The notes under the pieces: generated by a model
What the model was told of the DNA's origin: nothing
The model's database searches: none
The model's input: only the letters and a program-made list of their open reading frames with translations
Made by a program: the position numbers and the translations under genes
Shown: positions 15,959 to 20,038 of the stretch, in pieces
Layout: every line of letters starts with the position of its first letter
How positions within the stretch are numbered: the first letter of the stretch is position 1
Assembly: GCA_037138355.1 (NCBI GenBank)
Contig: JBAXIL010000032.1
Coordinates: 1-20,038 of the forward strand
Length of the DNA stretch: 20,038 nt
Direction of reading: 5' to 3'
Origin: a bacterium
GTDB taxonomy: Bacteria; Oederibacteriota; PGYV01; Palsa-1178

Positions 15959-18900
15959 CTATCTCAATAAAATGACTTTATCAATCTTTGACTTTGTTGT
16001 TTCACCTGAGTCAGAAGTCACGGAGATAACATAATAATATACACCCTGCGATAAGGTTTCAAATATTCCTTTACTAAAAGCCACGGTCTGCTTCCCTGCC
16101 GCAAGATTTATTGCGACTTGGTCAGTTCTAATTAACCGTCCTGCTACAGTAAATATTTTATACTGCAACTTGATTATGTTTTTGGTCAGTACAAAATCTA
16201 CCAATAAATTCCCTGCCACTGGATTGTAAGGATTAGGATATGCAAGCAAATCATTTATTTTGAAAGCTTGCGTTGTTGGCTCAGCTTGTGGTGTATTAGT
16301 GTAGGTCGGTGTAATAATAACTACGCTTGTATTTGTCACCGTAGGTGTTTTCGTCATTGTATTTACAGAAGTGCTTGTAGGTTGTGGTGTGCTTGTCTGC
16401 GTAGGTGTTCCTGCGTATGGGGTATTTGTCATTGTAATAGTCTGAGTATTTGTCTGTGTAACAGTAGAAGTTATGGTATAAGTATTTGTCTGCGTTGCAG
16501 TAGAAGTGATAGTGAAAGTATTTGTCGATGTAAAACTTGGACCTGCAGTGAAGGTGTAAGTCGCAGTATTTATTGGTGTATTAGTTGCAGTCATAGTGCG
16601 TGTAGAAGTTGCCGTATTAGGAAGCGAGGTTGGTGAAATAGTCGGAGTCGCAGTAAAGCCAGATGGACACGCATTAACAAAAGCATTATACATGGCGTCC
16701 ATAAGTGGTTGTCCTAACAAAGGCATATAATCTGCAGATATTTCCCACATCATTACACCTTTTAAATTTCTTGTAGTTATCGCATAATTAACTTTTTCAG
16801 TTATAGATTGTGGGTCGTCATAAACTATAACACCGGTTCCACTATCTTTAGTTAGATATGGGACATGAGAAACAGTATCCCAGTTATAAGTCCAACCATT
16901 ATTTAAATATGTTGTCGCCACCTCATTGTAATTAAGTGAAACAACATTGGTGTAACCGCAAGTGCCACCACAAGAACCAAATAAGCTTTCTATCGTTTTA
17001 TAATCATGTCCATAAAACGGAACACCCATAACCAGTTTTGAAGCAGGTACTCCGCGAGTCACAACCGTATAATCAATACCCATTACCACACTCATAGCGT
17101 CAGGATCAGAGGGATTTGCGTAAAGAGGTGCATTATGCCCTGCGTGGTCTCCCCATCCGCCGTGCATGTCATAAGTCATGATATTGAAAAAATCAATGCT
17201 GTTTACTATCGCTGGATAATCAATCCATTGTCCCCAGTAATTAGTCATAGGCACTGCTGCGGTTATTAACCAACTCGTGCCAGCGGGCTGACTTGAATTA
17301 AACTTAGTTCTTAACTCAGTTATTAGTGAAGTGTAATTTGCCTTATCAGTTGAATTAGTCATACCTTCCCAGTCAATATCTATTCCGTCATATCCATAAT
17401 TTTGAATAAAGCTGACTATAATATTTTCAAAATTATTTCTTGTGGTGGCATTTCCAGCCATAGCAGCGCACACACCATAAGTCCCACCGCCCCCGACAGA
17501 AATTAAAACTTTTATTCCAGCATTGTGCGCCTTTGTCAAAAGCTGTGGTTCTATAAAACCTGCTACTATATTTAACGAACCATCTGCATTTGGTATTACA
17601 AAAGCATGACATATATGCGTGAGCTTGTCGAAAGGGATATTATCGGAATTATATGATGAAGAACCTGAATTATAATAATAAGCGAGTAGGACTTTATCAC
17701 AAGCCCCAAACTTAGCAGTTGCAGTCGCTGTACAAGTTGGCGTTTGAAAAATAGTATTAGTTGGTGTGGCTGTCTTTGTCCAAGTGTTAGTGTTGGTCTT
17801 AGTGTTTGTAAATGTAGCAGTTGGGGTATTTGTGCTTGAAGCCACCGAATTAAGAATAAAATAAAAATCATCAAACCACGCATTTTTATTTGCAGTCAGA
17901 GTTCCAGTTCTCAAACCCACACCATTAAAATCTCCAGAGTAACCAAAAGCTGCAGTCAAAACCTGAAAGTGATTCCATGAGTTTACATTCCAAGCCCCAC
18001 CATCGGCATAAGTATTATTGACTACCACAGAACTTCCTAAGTCATTTGTATTATTTTGCAATTGTAATCTAAAGTTATAGTTTGTATTAGTGATATATAC
18101 CCAACCGTCAAATTTTGCAATAGTACTTGTGTTTATCTGTGGCCCACCAAAATTACAAACTATTCCCCAGTCACCTGAAGTAGTGCTTAATCTAAAAGCT
18201 TCAGCACCGTTTATAGTTTTGTTTTGACCAGCATCATTTGGATTATTTCCTGGGGTTAAGGTATTTGCAGGAGTTGCTGCAGCACTGCCAAGACCAATTC
18301 CCCAAGCAGGTCTTTCGCTATCAAACACAAGATAACCAGGAGTCAAAATCGGAGTCATAGTAGGAACCGGCGTAAAAGTTGCGGCTTCAGAACATATATT
18401 TGTCCAGTCTGATATACTTCCGACTCTGTTTTTTAATTGTTCTTCATATAAAGAATCTGGCTGTAGTCCGGTTTGAAAACCCACACCTTCATATAAAACA
18501 TTCTGCCTCCAAGTAGCAGGCCCTACCTGAAGTCCCGCATTATTACCTATTGTAGTTCCTGCCGAGTATGTTCCTGCGTTTGCATAACCAGCCCCATCAT
18601 TGACTGTATAATTTCCTGCCACACCCACTTCTATCGCAGAGCCATCACTTGAAGGACTCAAGTTTAATTCAGCACCATGCCACGGTCCAGGATATCCATC
18701 GCCATAAAAGTTCCATACCACGCCAGTGCCGAGCGACTCATACGCATTTCCGCTTGTTGTCCATCTGTTATAGCCGTTTAGAGCATTACCATTTCCCTGA
18801 TAATATTTATCTTTTAATATCGCGTGCGAAAATCCAAAGTGCGTGTCTTCGCTTTCCATAGCCGCTAAAGAAGTGCACTGTGTCATTACGACATAATTTG

Positions 18901-20038
18901 CCAGAGCGCGACTTAAGATGAAGTTATGTCTTGCCTCTTGTCCTAAACATCTTTTTATAAGAATATTTTGCGAACAATTTACATAGAAACCATAACCAGC
19001 ACCACCACCGCCATAATCTTGTGTTTTGCTGATAAAACAATCTTCTATGGTTATGCGTGCAGAGTAATCAGGATGTATTCCATAACGCGGGAAATTAATA
19101 ATGTGAACATCTTTTACCCAACCATTAACCACACCTTCAAAATACACAGCACAACCAGCTGGCATACCCGCTCTGCCATTCGCCGCTATTCCATTATTAT
19201 TGTCAGCAAACTGTATGGTCATTCCTGAGACGCCTACATTTTCCAACATTCCCTTAGTTGTTCCACTGGATTTTATGTAAATGATATTATTAGCAGGATT
19301 TAATGGATATGGTATAGGTGCGTCAATGGTGATACCAGAAGCATCTTTAGAAATTACTTTTCTTAAGTATGTGAAAGTGTATTCTCTGTCTGCAGTAGGC
19401 CAAGTGCCTGCTGAGTTATTGGTAATAAAAGCCGTCCAAAAATATTGCTGTATAACTATCCAAGAATCCACATTAACATTTGCGAGATTAGTAAGACCAG
19501 TTATATATGTGGCGCCTTCTGCAATAGCATTTGTCACATGAGACAAATCCGTACCACCATCAACCCAGGCCTTGTTCCAAGCCCAAGCGCTTTTTTCAAA
19601 AGTAAAAGTTCCTTCAAAAGTATTTGAAGCGTCATCGTAAACATGAGTATTTGGAACATTTATAATGGTATAGCCACTACCAGCCCCTTCTACAGAAACA
19701 TTATTATAATTAATCCCTATAGGATGTCCGGTTGAAGATTGAGTTATGGTATAAGTGCCTGCTGGTATTTTTACTATACCGCCACCAGCCAAACCAACTG
19801 TATTAATTTTGTCCTGAAGTTCCTGTGTTATATCACCTGTTCCAGTAATGTTTTGTATATTGCAAGGAATCGCAGTTTGCAAAGGTGTCTGACCGAGGTT
19901 ATAACCTACATAAGAGAAATCAAGCAGATGCCAAGAACGGCTATTGTAATTTACAGTGGCTTCTGAAAACGAACCGGAGTTATAAGGAAATAACTGAGAA
20001 TACCAAGCAGAAGAATAAACTGCTGGTATAAGACAAAG
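15959..20038 (-). CDS. large secreted multidomain carbohydrate-active protein: beta-helix + CBM-like + GH18 chitinase + T9SS-like CTD (5' partial)
   Basis: Frame is open from the window end (LCLIPAVYSSAWYSQLFP...DFSYVGY...), so the true start lies outside. GGGIVKIPAGTY beta-helix start; GH18 KVLISVGG, DGIDIDWE (17366..17389), IMTYDMHG, GVMMWEIS; Thr-rich linkers; LAYPNPYNP...LSQGVYYYVI...KVILLR. Confidence 0.88.
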   Translation of the reverse strand, partial: LCLIPAVYSSAWYSQLFPYNSGSFSEATVNYNSRSWHLLDFSYVGYNLGQTPLQTAIPCNIQNITGTGDITQELQDKINTVGLAGGGIVKIPAGTYTITQSSTGHPIGINYNNVSVEGAGSGYTIINVPNTHVYDDASNTFEGTFTFEKSAWAWNKAWVDGGTDLSHVTNAIAEGATYITGLTNLANVNVDSWIVIQQYFWTAFITNNSAGTWPTADREYTFTYLRKVISKDASGITIDAPIPYPLNPANNIIYIKSSGTTKGMLENVGVSGMTIQFADNNNGIAANGRAGMPAGCAVYFEGVVNGWVKDVHIINFPRYGIHPDYSARITIEDCFISKTQDYGGGGAGYGFYVNCSQNILIKRCLGQEARHNFILSRALANYVVMTQCTSLAAMESEDTHFGFSHAILKDKYYQGNGNALNGYNRWTTSGNAYESLGTGVVWNFYGDGYPGPWHGAELNLSPSSDGSAIEVGVAGNYTVNDGAGYANAGTYSAGTTIGNNAGLQVGPATWRQNVLYEGVGFQTGLQPDSLYEEQLKNRVGSISDWTNICSEAATFTPVPTMTPILTPGYLVFDSERPAWGIGLGSAAATPANTLTPGNNPNDAGQNKTINGAEAFRLSTTSGDWGIVCNFGGPQINTSTIAKFDGWVYITNTNYNFRLQLQNNTNDLGSSVVVNNTYADGGAWNVNSWNHFQVLTAAFGYSGDFNGVGLRTGTLTANKNAWFDDFYFILNSVASSTNTPTATFTNTKTNTNTWTKTATPTNTIFQTPTCTATATAKFGACDKVLLAYYYNSGSSSYNSDNIPFDKLTHICHAFVIPNADGSLNIVAGFIEPQLLTKAHNAGIKVLISVGGGGTYGVCAAMAGNATTRNNFENIIVSFIQNYGYDGIDIDWEGMTNSTDKANYTSLITELRTKFNSSQPAGTSWLITAAVPMTNYWGQWIDYPAIVNSIDFFNIMTYDMHGGWGDHAGHNAPLYANPSDPDAMSVVMGIDYTVVTRGVPASKLVMGVPFYGHDYKTIESLFGSCGGTCGYTNVVSLNYNEVATTYLNNGWTYNWDTVSHVPYLTKDSGTGVIVYDDPQSITEKVNYAITTRNLKGVMMWEISADYMPLLGQPLMDAMYNAFVNACPSGFTATPTISPTSLPNTATSTRTMTATNTPINTATYTFTAGPSFTSTNTFTITSTATQTNTYTITSTVTQTNTQTITMTNTPYAGTPTQTSTPQPTSTSVNTMTKTPTVTNTSVVIITPTYTNTPQAEPTTQAFKINDLLAYPNPYNPVAGNLLVDFVLTKNIIKLQYKIFTVAGRLIRTDQVAINLAAGKQTVAFSKGIFETLSQGVYYYVISVTSDSGETTKSKIDKVILLR
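16270..16660 (-). repeat. alternating-Thr low-complexity linker
   Basis: TFTITSTATQTNTYTITSTVTQTNTQTITMTNTP...; a similar shorter tract lies at about 17705..17845. Confidence 0.75.

Noticed and set aside
19067..19085. YGIHPD resembling the alginate epimerase YG(F/I)DPH motif
   Set aside because: The catalytic Asp/His order differs and the motif is absent from the adjacent paralog, so it is too weak to call.
2606..19966. Numerous short alternative-frame or antisense ORFs in the track
   Set aside because: All overlap well-supported genes and show no recognisable motifs.

Overview
AT-rich bacterial chromosomal segment with strong GGAGG-type ribosome-binding sites and canonical sigma70-like promoters. 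The four-subunit POR suggests an anaerobe and the PorV-like beta-barrel suggests a diderm. In order, the window holds: tRNA-Gln(CUG); a divergent two-gene unit encoding a small Thr-rich protein with a T9SS type-A-like C-terminal domain (CTD) and a PorV/PorQ-like outer-membrane barrel; an orphan NtrC-family sigma54 activator; and a ROK kinase, tRNA-Leu(GAG), YvlD-like membrane protein, rsmD, dksA-like gene and speD. These are followed by a porCDAB 2-oxoacid:ferredoxin oxidoreductase operon. The window ends in a tightly packed minus-strand run: a large secreted beta-helix/CBM-like/GH18/CTD fusion (5'-truncated by the window edge), a paralogous beta-helix protein, an unannotated 44-aa membrane peptide, a DUF523-DUF1722 (RudS-like) protein, a class II photolyase and a CrtI-family desaturase. 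The most notable points are T9SS-like sorting parts in a genome whose expression signals do not look like Bacteroidota, a CTD protein with no cargo domain coupled to a PorV-like gene, a beta-helix+GH18 fusion next to a CTD-less paralog, and a photoprotection cassette whose RudS-like protein has only two Cys. All family assignments come from motif recognition by eye; no searches were run.
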